Positions 1 through 11,285 of a stretch of 64,000 nt of DNA are shown here, piece by piece. This DNA is from Nemertoderma westbladi (lineage: Eukaryota; Animalia; Xenacoelomorpha). Each line of letters begins with the position of its first letter. The stretch's first letter is position 1. Made by a program: the position numbers and the translations under genes. The notes below the pieces were generated by a model, which saw nothing but the letters and a program-made list of their open reading frames with translations, searched no databases and was not told the origin of the DNA. The DNA lies in NCBI GenBank assembly GCA_032718475.1, contig JAUCBJ010001254.1, forward strand, positions 29,275 to 93,274, given 5' to 3'.

Positions 1-1469
1 ATATGAGTTACTTGAGGAAATCGTTGACATAATTCACCAACCAGCTCTCGTCCTCGCTCAGGTGCTCCTACACTTCCTTCCTTTATTTGCTCCTGAATTT
101 GGCGGTGCCTTACCTCTATTCGGTCTAGATCGTGTCCGTCTCGAGATCTCATCGATCGATCGTGGGCTTTAAGATCCAGATCCTCCTTGGCGTTAGCTAA
201 TTCTCTCGCCTTCCTTTCGAGTTCGAAATGAAGTTTAACCTCTTTCTCGCGTTGTTCCGTTTGTTGTTGTTGCGCCTCGAACTCCGCTAGTCGTATAGCT
301 GATTGAGCCTTCATTTGCCGTTTTTTCATTTCGGCTCTCGCTTCTGAAACTAACCTTTGTCGCTCTAACTCAGCCGCTGCCGCTGCCGCCGCCTCTTGTC
401 GCTCTAACTCAGCCGCTGCCGCCACCGCTTGTCGCTCTAACTCAGCCGCTGCCGCTGCCGCCGTTTGTTGTGCAATGTCCAACTCTAACCTTTCCATCTC
501 GGCTGCTTCCAACTCGGCTTGTTCTTGCAGATGAGAGATTCTCGCAACATTCGCAACGCGTAGTTTCTCTTCCTCTACTGCTGCTTGTACCATTAGCAGT
601 AGAGTTTGTTCCTCCATCTCCTGTTGTTGTCTGTAGAGCTGCTGTTGTCGAGCAATTTCTGACGTTACCATACTCACCTCGCCAATTTCGCTGCAAATAC
701 TCACCAATGATTGATCCATTATTCCCGGTGCCAGTTCGATTTGTGCGGATGAAGTTTCCCTCGTAGCCTCCGGCATGGTTTCCCAATCTCCGACGTCTTC
801 GCCGCACATACGTAAGTGATCCGTCAGATGTTTCAATTGTCCATCCAGCCTATACAATTCCTGTTGTTCCTCGGGCTGTAATAACTCGTCGGAAACTGAC
901 TCACCTAGCAACTGGTCCACTTGTTCCTGTTGTATCTGTCTAACAGTCGTCTTAAACTGAATTAGTTTCTCCCTGGCGATTATTAATTTCTCGAGGATTC
1001 TAAGCTGAGTGTCCGCGTCCTGTCTTTGTCTAGCTAGATCTTGTAGACTGATTAGGTTATCTACGGACTTATGTACTTTACTTTGTACTCTAACCTGTAG
1101 GGTGTAAAACTCGAACCGAGACATCGGAGCGGTCAACTCGTCTAATATGCGTTGGCCTTCTCCAATACTCCTGGTAATATGCGCCATGTATCCTCCGACG
1201 CTTCTAACAATGCTCTCTTGGCTTCCTACTGAACTTACCATGTCCGTTTCCCTGTATCTAGGTTGCGGGACCGTTAGAAAATCCTCAGTCCTGCCGTCGC
1301 CTCGTACTACGGCATCCGGTACTCCCGTTGGATGTACTGGTGACGCGCACGGTGTAGGTTCGGTAGGCTTGCGAGTCTTCCCTTGTGGTTCTTCCGCTAC
1401 TGACTTATCCGCGTCACATGAGTCATAGTCGGTTTGTGTATTCTTCGTATAGTCCTGTTTGTCACTCAT
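1..1469 (-). CDS. Gag-like N-terminal region of LTR element E (5' part, runs off the window edge)
   Basis: Manual translation from ATG at 1469 (MSDKQDYTKNTQTDYDSC...) has no stop down to position 3, about 489 codons. It is missing from the ORF track because it has no stop. It is coiled-coil and Ala/Glu-rich (AAAAAAELERQ repeats), like the Gag N-terminus of element A, and lies about 2.1 kb downstream of a candidate LTR. Confidence 0.7.
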   Translation of the reverse strand, partial: MSDKQDYTKNTQTDYDSCDADKSVAEEPQGKTRKPTEPTPCASPVHPTGVPDAVVRGDGRTEDFLTVPQPRYRETDMVSSVGSQESIVRSVGGYMAHITRSIGEGQRILDELTAPMSRFEFYTLQVRVQSKVHKSVDNLISLQDLARQRQDADTQLRILEKLIIAREKLIQFKTTVRQIQQEQVDQLLGESVSDELLQPEEQQELYRLDGQLKHLTDHLRMCGEDVGDWETMPEATRETSSAQIELAPGIMDQSLVSICSEIGEVSMVTSEIARQQQLYRQQQEMEEQTLLLMVQAAVEEEKLRVANVARISHLQEQAELEAAEMERLELDIAQQTAAAAAAELERQAVAAAAELERQEAAAAAAAELERQRLVSEARAEMKKRQMKAQSAIRLAEFEAQQQQTEQREKEVKLHFELERKARELANAKEDLDLKAHDRSMRSRDGHDLDRIEVRHRQIQEQIKEGSVGAPERGRELVGELCQRFPQVTH

Positions 1470-3556
1470 TTTGGTAGTTGTAAGTCAAGTAAAGTGAGTG
1501 TCAAAGTATCAAACTTACCGTATTTATATCTAAACGGTATTAATTACAGTCATATAAAATGGATAATGGCAAATGGATAAAATTAGCCTAGCGGCCAATT
1601 TTACAACAAATAAATGTCACGGAGTAAGTATATAATAAAATTAGCCTACCGGCCAATTTTATAACAAATAAAATCGGATAACGATATACGTTATCAAAAA
1701 GGTAGATTAAACACAAATAATACAGACTAATTCAGCAATAAACAAAGAAATCGTACGGAATGCATAAATACTTGAGACAGTGGAACCCACAATAATTTTA
1801 ACTAATACGGTAATGCCTAACTGATTTATGCAACTTTTCGAACTCACCCCCTCCAATGATTCTCCAGAAAAACAGATTCCCAGATACAAACCGGACGTGA
1901 ACCTTTCCGTTTCCAGCGTTGTGGACGAAGTGCGATTTTCCCAACCAAAATTGTTGAGTTATCTATCTCCCAAACTTGCGAAACACGGTCTTGCTCTCGT
2001 TACAGTCTAGAAATGAGCTCTGAATCCTGAAAAACAAAAGAGTTCGGTTTTACTTTTACGAAAATTTTGTACCGGTACAATATGGTATTTAAACCCTTTT
2101 TAAACACCGGTATTCAATTCCAAATATTTTACACGCGGTTCAAATCAAAATTTTATTTCAAAATACTAGCACTTAGCTAATCAAATACAAATTTTACCTC
2201 AAAATACAAAATTTCAAATAATTTTAGTCCTACTGATCCGTAGTTCAGTAAAACATATTCCTACTGTGCGAAGAGACGTACCTGATATCCTGCAATATCT
2301 TACTGTAAAGTTTGTAAATCAAAACATAATCCGACCTTCTCACCAAAACAGTAAACTCTAAGCAAGCAAATCGATTGCAGTATCGGTCTCTTATAACCGG
2401 TGAGGCAGAAAACAGTCTACGAACGGACAAACTTCGATGAAACAAAATCCCGCGCAGCGAATCCTAAAATCGGGCTGACTCACTGACGGACTAAGGGCGC
2501 TCGTATACTTTGCCGCGGTGTGATTTATATGGGTGAGAGATAGAGGCGCTAGCTAGATGTCTTACTAGCGGGCAAAGTGCAGTATGGACAAAAATTATTT
2601 TATATATTTTGAGGTGTAAATAATTTCTAACGCGTGTGTGTCTTGATTCTAACAGTCAAAATCAGTTTTAGATCCTTCATATATATAATTACTGGGTCCG
2701 GTGTACATTTTACAAATATTCTAATTTTATAGCTTGTAGGTCCAATACTCACGAATGATGAGGCTCCTTCCCCTTTTGTGTATTTCCAGGACTCAAATTC
2801 AGGCATAAGGTTAATACTACGCCCAGAATTCGGCAATTTAATTTACCAGGTCCCTAATACTAAGAAGAAATGTGTTAGTTTACTACAGTAGGCGTACAGT
2901 TACAAATAGCTAGCCTGGTGTTCTATCTTGAATTTTGGTTGCCTAGGTGGGCACGGCAACTCCCTATCAGAATGTCGGCGGGGACACGGTAGATGTTAGT
3001 ATCCCTAATAGCCTCAATTTATATGCACCTAGCAGTAAACTGCCTTACCGCCTGAACGGTACAATCCCAATTCAGGTAAAAACACAGTAACCCTTCCTGG
3101 CCTACAAGTTCTAATGCAAATGGACACCGTTGCACTACAAACAAGCCACCGACGCACCTATACCTGGCAAATGAGTTAGGCGTACAGCTTGCTGCACCCT
3201 AATAATGTGTATGCCTTGTACTGGTGTGCCTGTGTTCTATCTGTGTACTAGTATCTCTCTGCCTGATCTCCTCCTCCCCCGTAGGAATATGAAGGTCTAC
3301 TGTGGGTTTTTCTGAATTAAGACAGTACAGTCCCTAAATGTAATTTTAGCGCACAGCGTGTCAGTACCTCTACCTTCGATCTTAGGTCTTACACTTAGGT
3401 AACGAGGCATCGAACGCTGTCTAACCTTTCAGGCGATGGGCGAATAACTAAGAATGGGTATTGCGGGTTGTCTCCTTTCTACATTCCTCCGATGTTCCCG
3501 TCTATTGCCGCGGTCCGCTGTCTAGCCAGCCATCTGTCTCTCAGTGGTGTTCACCA

Positions 3557-3859
3557 TGGTGAAACATAGTAAAAGCAGATGTAACAAATACTTTCTAACT
3601 TTATTACAAATAAACGATAACTAATATACAATAAATCGAATGTAACAAGTGAATGAAGATATATAACTAATGAACAAAATCGCACCTTTTATAGCAAATT
3701 AGTGCTGCTAACAATCTAGATAAATCTCGATTGTTCTATGAGTTCTACTAGGTTTTTAAAGATAATCATTGGTCCAGCAAACACGTACGTATCTTACACG
3801 ACATTGGTTGCTATCTAATAACTGCAATCGCATTGGTTAATCTACCTTAAGCAGATACA
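3557..3859 (-). mobile_element. Candidate 5' LTR of element E
   Basis: Minus strand starts TGTATCTGC and ends ...TGTTTCACCA. It contains GCTATAAAAGG (~3685-3695) and AATAAA (~3600-3605) and is followed by TGGTGAACACC, which looks like a PBS. The partner LTR is outside the window. Confidence 0.5.
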
Positions 3860-3913
3860 ATTAAATCGTAGCGGTTAATTCAAATGAGTTGAAACTTAGC
3901 ACAAAAAATAATT

Positions 3914-3990
3914 CACACTTGCAAGGATTCGAACACGATACCTACTACACGATTTTCTAACGCTTAACCGACTGAGCTACTGAACCACTT
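3914..3990 (-). mobile_element. tRNA-derived SINE head or tRNA pseudogene
   Basis: Minus strand has an A-box (TAGCTCAGTCGG) and a B-box (GTTCGAATCC) at tRNA spacing, but no clean cloverleaf. Confidence 0.55.
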
Positions 3991-4239
3991 GAATAATCGT
4001 TGCACAAATAGATATAGTAAATACGAATGAGGACTTAATGTAATCTTTATAGCAAATTAATTCGAATGAAATAAAATTTTGAAAATCCACGGCTTTTATG
4101 AGGATATAATTCTATATGTTTATTTGTTGTGTATTTTTATTTTTTTTGTATCAATTCTGCAATTTTACGGAGTTGTTTTATAGATTAACTTAAACAAAAA
4201 AGGAAGAGCGGAGCTAACAGAAGGGCCAAGCTAAATCTC

Positions 4240-4435
4240 TGAATGGTCCAACTGGTTGACCAAAGAGGTGGGTTACACTGAATGGTCCAACTGGTGGACC
4301 GATGAGGTGGGTTACACTGAATGGTCCAACTGGTGGACCGATGAGGTGGGTTACACTGAATGGTCCAACTGGTTGACCAAGGAGGTGGGTTACACTGAAT
4401 GGTCCAACTGGTGGACCAAGGAGGTGGGTTACACT
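4240..4435. repeat. 39-bp tandem repeat, about 5 copies
   Basis: Unit TGAATGGTCCAACTGGTGGACCGATGAGGTGGGTTACAC, with an internal imperfect hairpin GGTCCA...TGGACC. Confidence 0.95.
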
Positions 4436-4882
4436 AAAAGGTTGATGTTCGTTCAGCTTTATATTTCACAAAAATTGAAAAGAGAAGATGTAATCGGGCA
4501 ATGCATCCTTTGCATACGACAACAGTAGTGCCGAAAGTAATTACGACTGTCTTATTCTATTCATTGAGCCGAGCCTCAAAGGAATGCTGCGAGGTATTAT
4601 CAATCGACTAATTGGTTACCAGAGATTACGTATCATGGGACAGATCCGTCGCTAGTATGACTGCTATCAAGTTATCAAGAGTTATCTGATTTTAGAATGA
4701 ATTAATTATAATTTATTTATTATATAAGCTTTACATATCAGCGGGTAATGTTAATTGTGAAAATTTAAGTACTTGTAAAATGGCAATTGCGTAAATTAAA
4801 GAGATTTTGCTCTGATAAATAAATCTTGTTGTATTATAAAAACACAATGTCAAATAGAATTAACAATTATATATATTATATA

Positions 4883-5293
4883 CACAATGACCCGTAATAT
4901 AGTGTCATTTTCTGATGACACGGACCCCCCCCCCCCCCCCCCCCCCCAAATTTTTCTACAAATCTTTATCATATTGCTTGAAATTTGAAACACAACTAGT
5001 TCAACTCACCGTGGTTGTTACCATGAAGCCGGAATTTTCGATTTCGCCTTTAAATTTTATTTATAAGCGTTTTAAAAAAGTGTCTTTTGCGAAATCGCAC
5101 CCTCTGTATCATTGCCATTCTTCACTTTAGTCGTAATTTTTTCTTATCATTAGAAAGCTTGCGTTGCAAGGATTCCAAATATGTAGCAATATTTGAATTT
5201 CGTTGAGAAACAGCTGAGATATAGGCGTTCAAAGATTGCAAGAATTATTGTCACTATTGGCAGAAAAATGACACTATATTACGTGTCATGGTG
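4883..5293. mobile_element. MITE with TA TSD (Tc1/mariner-like)
   Basis: TIRs CACAATGACCCGTAATATAGTGTCATTTT / AAAATGACACTATATTACGTGTCATGGTG flanked by TA. A truncated copy lies at about 42523-42750. Confidence 0.85.
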
Positions 5294-5341
5294 TATATAT
5301 ATTATATATATGTATATATATTAGAATTACCATTTCGCTTC

Positions 5342-6066
5342 GGATAGTTATAAATCCCGAAAATAACGAAAACAGCGAAATTATCAACGAAACTATCGAA
5401 ATCATAAAATCTACAAAATCTCGCATTCTAATAAGATCGGTATTATTATTAGAAGGCACACTTTACATTTTTTAATTAATAAATTCCGATAATTTCGCCC
5501 CATTTTCGACCTTAAAAGTAATTTAATACCAAATGCTTGGATGAATAAATTCAGCATCAGCAGGCAGTGGTAGAACCTGGTCAACTGGTGTATTACAAGC
5601 ATTCTACAGCCTGTAGGGTAAGGTTAAAGGAACCGGTCTGGTCAGCCGGTACCCTAACCAAACACTGCATACGCATTACGGCGTACTGTACCTTCGCGTT
5701 GCAGGTTCACACTGTACAGTGACTGCCAGGCAAGTGGCGCAGCGCGGCTAGTGTGTATTTGGATTATAATTATATTCTATTATTATATTCTGAGGTTGCA
5801 GTCGTGCAGTCGCAATGCAGTATAACTGCTAGCAGTAGGCCTACACTCTGACTGTACTGTCCTAATTTGATCGCCATCTTGTGGTGTTTTGACATCATTG
5901 GATTACCCCTAATAACCAAGTACTAATAATAATAATAATAATAATTGATAATCTAATAATAATACCGATCTGAATGGAAAGTGAGATTTTATTTAAAGTT
6001 TTATAATTTCGATATTTTCGTTAATAATTTCGTGTTTTTCGTTATTTTCGGGTTTTATAACTATCC
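5342..6066. mobile_element. Mutator-like MITE with 9-bp TSD
   Basis: Imperfect TIRs of about 110 bp (GGATAGTTATAAA...TTTATAACTATCC) and a perfect TSD TTTCGCTTC at 5333-5341 and 6067-6075. Confidence 0.9.
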
Positions 6067-6131
6067 TTTCGCTTCGCATTGCTACAGTAATTAAATATTT
6101 TGACTTAAAAGACAAAGTTGAAACTACATTT

Positions 6132-7295
6132 TTACAAATTGAATTCTTCAATAACTCTGTCTATCCATATTATCATTTCCGGTTCCCGGATTATCATATT
6201 CGAATTCTCCCACATCATCTGAGTTGTAAATTCTGTTTGTCGTTTTATATCAATTTCTGTCCAATGCAATTTGTTTTCCAGCACAAACCCAATAACCTCT
6301 TCCAATTTTTCTATCGGGACATATTGCACATCTTCTTGACTAAAATGCTTTAGTTTATCATAAATTAGTTCATCGTCTCTCATCATTTGCTTCAATTTTT
6401 TCACAACGAAGAAATAACTAATTTTCATCTGATTTTCATCGGACCATATATCGAAACTTCTTTTCACGCAGGCTGAATTATCAGAAAGGAATTTTATCAT
6501 TTGTTGATCGTCTAGATTGTCTTCTAATAGTAAAAGTAACTTATCGCAGATGGTACCATGTACATGCTTTGTATTCTCAACTAACATTTTTGTTACATAA
6601 CTTTCCTGCAATTTATCATATTTATCAACTTGGGATTTCATTTTATCTTCCAATATATTTACTGCAACATTAACTATAATACCAACCCTCCCCACAAATT
6701 GTACTATTTCTGCTTTTGTGTTTTCCAGATATTCTTTATTTAAATTTCTCAACTCTTCCATTTGTTTTCTCATTTGAATATTAGTTTCCATGACCATTGT
6801 CGTTTTATTTTGGATCATTATATTTTTAACGCAAGCTGTAAGGCTGGCCTTAATTTGGTTACTTCTAAAATTAGGTTGATATAGAGAAGGGAGCCGATCC
6901 CGTTCTTCTTGAAACAGAAGCCGTCGCAACCTCCAGTAGCGATTCACGAGTATCATCTTATTGCAAAAGCGCTTATTATCAGAATAATAATGAAATTCTA
7001 CTCGAATCCCCTCTCCATGCCAACCATTATTATAAATGTCAGTGTATTCACATCTGAATTTCCTTCCGAAATTGGAAGTATCATTTTCGCAGGTGACGAA
7101 ATGATAATAGTTTTGAGTAACCATACTATCCTCATTCACATTCTTGAATATTATTGTTTCTATAGAACTGGCAGATCCCTGTAATTTTTTCGTGATCGTA
7201 CCATCCTCTGTAATCATGATAGAAAATTGTTGTTGATAATTGGGAATATAACGCTGTACCAGTGCAGGCACCCCAGTTACTTTGGGACAATTCAC
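6132..7295 (-). CDS. Orphan 387-codon ORF (possible large exon or intronless gene), function unknown
   Basis: 1164-bp stop-free frame in AT-rich, non-repetitive DNA. The central part looks coiled-coil. No motif recognised. The start is uncertain (non-ATG in the track; a CACAG acceptor-like site is just upstream). Confidence 0.45.
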   Translation of the reverse strand: MNCPKVTGVPALVQRYIPNYQQQFSIMITEDGTITKKLQGSASSIETIIFKNVNEDSMVTQNYYHFVTCENDTSNFGRKFRCEYTDIYNNGWHGEGIRVEFHYYSDNKRFCNKMILVNRYWRLRRLLFQEERDRLPSLYQPNFRSNQIKASLTACVKNIMIQNKTTMVMETNIQMRKQMEELRNLNKEYLENTKAEIVQFVGRVGIIVNVAVNILEDKMKSQVDKYDKLQESYVTKMLVENTKHVHGTICDKLLLLLEDNLDDQQMIKFLSDNSACVKRSFDIWSDENQMKISYFFVVKKLKQMMRDDELIYDKLKHFSQEDVQYVPIEKLEEVIGFVLENKLHWTEIDIKRQTEFTTQMMWENSNMIIREPEMIIWIDRVIEEFNL

Positions 7296-7539
7296 ACTGT
7301 GATAATGCGGCGTATGATTTCAAACTATAGTTCTATCTATATAATTGTTAACTTTCACAAAAAAAACTGCAATTATCCCAGGGCTTCCTTCCAAATGCCC
7401 ATGTGTGGGGTGTAGTGTGAAAAAGACACTACACTTACGACACATTTTATGGCTTCTTACACAGACACATGAGTGAGGCCCGCAGTAGCCAACCTAGAGC
7501 CACGGACACACCCCACAGACATTTGGAAAACTTTTTTAT

Positions 7540-7645
7540 AACTTTTTCGTTGGGGACAGCTTAGCAAAGTCGGCAATGAGTTCCAGGTGGGATTGAACTC
7601 GTGACCTCAGGGTTGGAAGTCTGACGCTCTAACCTAATGGATAAG
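7540..7645 (-). mobile_element. tRNA-derived SINE fragment
   Basis: Reverse complement resembles 35965-36080 (GGTTAGAGCGT.AG..TTCCAACCC.GAGGTC...TCATTGCCGA.TTTGC.AAGCT). Confidence 0.65.
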
Positions 7646-7912
7646 GTAAAGGGTAGACCTGGAAATACTACCTGATACCTTGTATGTCCGTAATTTACCT
7701 CCTCATGACCTCCCATCTGTCAATACCACAATCTGCTGCCATTGTGCTCAACCCTACAGTACCGGGCCGTCAATAACCACACGCTGCAATGAAAGGAAAG
7801 GGTAGTATATTGAAACCATGAACCATCACGGCCATAATGATTAATTACACACTCTAACTATTTAGGTAGGACAGTTACACCCATAGAGAAATGCGAGCGG
7901 TATATATTTTTC

Positions 7913-8486
7913 GGCTAGAGTTCCGTAAAGTACTACATTTTTAAAACTTTAAATCATTGTTACTAGGGCAACGTTGAAGAGTTCTAGAACAATAGAAAAG
8001 TATTACATATTATTCTAGAACATAAATCAAATTAAAAATGTAATGTTCTAGAACATTTTTAATTTCAAAATAGCTAGTAAATTAATAAAAATTTATTTTT
8101 AAATAAATTTCTGAATACATTTAAATAAATATTGATCATTATAGTGTTTGTATACCGATATAACTGATTAGTTTATATATTTCCATTGGGTATTTTGTTG
8201 GCCTTTAAAATCTCATGGAATCCGTTCAATTATCCTTTTCTTATCTGTCGCGCCTCTATATGTTATTCTGTCAGATTTTAGGATAATTTATCTTCATAGT
8301 TAATGCACTCATAAGACATAGCTCTGGCGTCGTATATATTTATATTATTTTTGCACGTACCTGTCTTTTAAATGCCTTAATTTGACTTGTGCATTTCGTA
8401 CCCCAAAAAGGATTGAATAATCTTTTTAATCACTGGCAATTTTAAATTTGAAAAATAACTAGCTATATTTTCTAGAACATTATATT
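7913..8486. mobile_element. Truncated MITE of the GGCTAGAGTTCCGTA family
   Basis: Same terminus and TTCTAGAACA-rich body as copies at ~36727-37390 and 41129-41856. Cut at 8486 by the LTR fragment of element D. Confidence 0.7.
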
Positions 8487-9181
8487 TGTAATGGGATCCG
8501 AGTTGGCAAGAGATCCCGACCGGTATTTGTGTCGTGGTTGATACGCGTCGCCGCGTCCGCTAATGTGGTTTTCACTGAAGGCTTGGGGCTGAAAGGCCGA
8601 AGGCCGGTATAATAAAGTTCTGAGTTTAAAGCTTGTGGATATTGATAATCTCTGATGTATGAGTACCGGTAATATAGCACAATCAGTATTGTACAGTGAC
8701 AGCAGTACCGACGACGGTTTAAACCGTTTAACATCTACTCTGAATATTAGTAAACTGAATCATAATTAACACTGGATAACATCATCCATCCCACTAACTT
8801 AATCCCCCGCGCATCTACTAGATAAGGCCCTATGTACACTACACCATATGGCATTATCCCCGTTCACCACAATTCAAACAGTTCTGTGGCGACCTCTCTC
8901 GCCCTCTCATTCACCAATTCGCCCTTCCCAAATCGGACTAAGTAGTGAAAATGTTTATTGCACTCACCGAGTCTGTGGCATAACTTGGGCTTGTCTACCT
9001 TTCCTCCTTTCTTGGCGTCATTGGGGATCTTTCTCGTGGCGATGTACCCACATCGTAGGTGATCGCTCGTCCCAACGTCCTCCTCCTGAACTTTCTAACC
9101 TCCTCTCCTCGCCTGGCGTGGCACCGTCGGCCCCACCATTGCTGTTCTGGTGGGCCACTCGCCGCCTGTAGCCACTGGTTG

Positions 9182-10358
9182 TATAAAGGCTTTTGCGGAT
9201 CTAGCTAGTTATTTTCCCCGCAAAGTACTCTGTAGGTGTTTTAAAGGACATAAAAAGCCGTTTCCTTACTGTACCGGTGTTTTAGTGGACATAAAAAGCC
9301 ATTTCTTCTGTATGTGTACTTTAGCGGACATAACTAGCGATTTTATGTCGCAATAAGCCAAAATCCTCTTGATACAGTGTAGTTACGATGACGACATCTA
9401 TCAGCTGATATGTACAGGTACACGTGTAATTTTTCCCTTGTTCTTTGTTCGGTCGACCAATCAGAGCGATTTTCTTTGTGTTGGACAGTGCATATATAAA
9501 CTCACGCAATTCAGTCAGTATGTATCTTTCTAAGCCCAGAACACCGGCTTAGGATTCTTCTGTACTTCTGTGGAAGTTTCAGACTTTAGCCAAACATTAG
9601 AACGGCTTTGATCATAGAAACGTATAACTGTTATCCTGCCATACCTGGCATACCAGACTCACCTAACCTTTCACCGCATTATTTTACTGCTATTTGCTGT
9701 CGATTATTAATTGTTAGAAGTTGATTGATATGTTGTTATATTTGGAGAATATCGATGAATAATCATAAAACCCCAATCTTCTTGATATACTGAAGGTTAG
9801 AGAGACCGGTTACATATAGCAATTGCGACTTACATTAAAGTGGTTTTGGAGTGAATCTAATGCTATTTAATAGGCCCTACATGTGTCGGTTGCTATTCTC
9901 CTTATGTATGATCAAATTCAGTGAAGGTCGGCAGATCAGTGTGCAGCAGTGTGAGGTAGTGTGCATGAGTGTGACAGGTAACAAAGCATTTCCTAAAGAA
10001 TGCGCCTTATACGTAAATCATTAGCCATCCTGTTGTGCTTAGTGTAAGTCATAACTCTGTTTACATACTTAGAGCGCCACGTCCTAAAGGAACTGTTGAT
10101 ATTTCCCGAAAGTGAATAATATTTGTCAGAGATTATATATTAACGATCAATCGAATAATACAGTAGGCCTACACCGCAATAAGGTCAGAGCTTCCGAATC
10201 CAGTCTCCCGGGTATATCCAGCGGGTGAATGGTCGCGCATAGGCTGGCTTCGGCTAATGTAGTGTATCCAATACTCGTCATAGGCTAAAGTCGATTTATA
10301 ACCTAGAAGACACCTAAATTTGGAAGGTTAAACTGCTAAAGGTCTGAAAGCGCGAACA
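9182..10358 (+). repeat. 5' LTR of element A
   Basis: Direct repeat of 32103-33274. Begins TATAAAGG (TG mutated to TA) and ends GCGCGAACA. CCAAT box at ~9457, TATATAAA at ~9493, TCAGT initiator-like motif at ~9511. Confidence 0.95.
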
Positions 10359-10704
10359 ATAACAGTTATTAATTCTGATTGCAGTGTAGGCAATAAATAC
10401 AGTTTACTATTGTTCTGGTAAGAACAATAACAGTTATAGGATCTTTATTGCGACGTAGGCAATAAAGACTAAAGTACCAGTCGATCGGTAACTAGTAGGC
10501 CTAACTACCTAACCACCCGAACCGGTACTTACAGCAGTACAGGTACCAGTATTATTTCGATTGTGATATATTGTATATTGTAGGCTGTTAGGGGATTAGG
10601 GATTGATCACCCCTTATTCCTTTGTATGGTTTACTTATTTCTGTCAGTTTTATTTATTTGTAGGTTAATATTGAGCAGAAGACGTGTAAGCCTGCTCAGA
10701 TTGT

Positions 10705-11285
10705 ACAGATAATTTGTAGGCTGGACTGTTGTCTGACTGTTGTTAAGTCTGAAGGGATTGCAGTGTGTGTAGAGTGTATGTCCGATAAAGTACTAGTTAG
10801 GAAAGTGGTGGGCATCCAGTGCTGTAAGGTAAATCCCCGTGAAAGAATAAGTCGTACTACTCGGTTAGAACGCATACTAACTAACCATTTCGGAGTCTGC
10901 ATATACTGTAGTTTGTTTAGGCTTGATAGTAGTCTGCCAGCGTTTGGTCTGTATTTTGTTTGTGTAGTCTGTACGGGTAGCGTAATATTTCTTATTTAGA
11001 TAATTTGTAGGCTGGATTGTTGCCTGGCTGTTGTTAGGTCTGAAGAGATTGCGGTGTGTGTAGAGTGTATGTCCGATAAAGTACTAGTTAGGAACGTAGG
11101 GGCTTCCAGTGCTGTGAGGTAAATCCCCCCGAAAGAATAAGTCGTACTACTCGGTTAGAACGCATACTAACTAACCATTTCGGAGTCTGCATATACTGTA
11201 GTTTGTTTAGGCTTGATAGTAGTCTGCCAGCGTTTGGTCTGTATTTTGTTTGAGTAGTCTGTACGCGTAGCGTAATATTTATTAT
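10705..11285 (+). repeat. Two tandem copies of about 290 bp in the 5' leader of element A
   Basis: AGATAATTTGTAGGCTGGA...GTAGCGTAATATTT occurs twice. A homologous dimer lies in element B at about 25790-26360. Confidence 0.85.

Noticed and set aside
3914-3990. Functional tRNA gene
   Set aside because: A and B boxes are present, but the anticodon and acceptor stems do not pair properly.
4240-4435. Palindrome-containing repeats resembling a CRISPR array
   Set aside because: No unique spacers, no cas genes, and eukaryotic context; a simple 39-bp tandem repeat.
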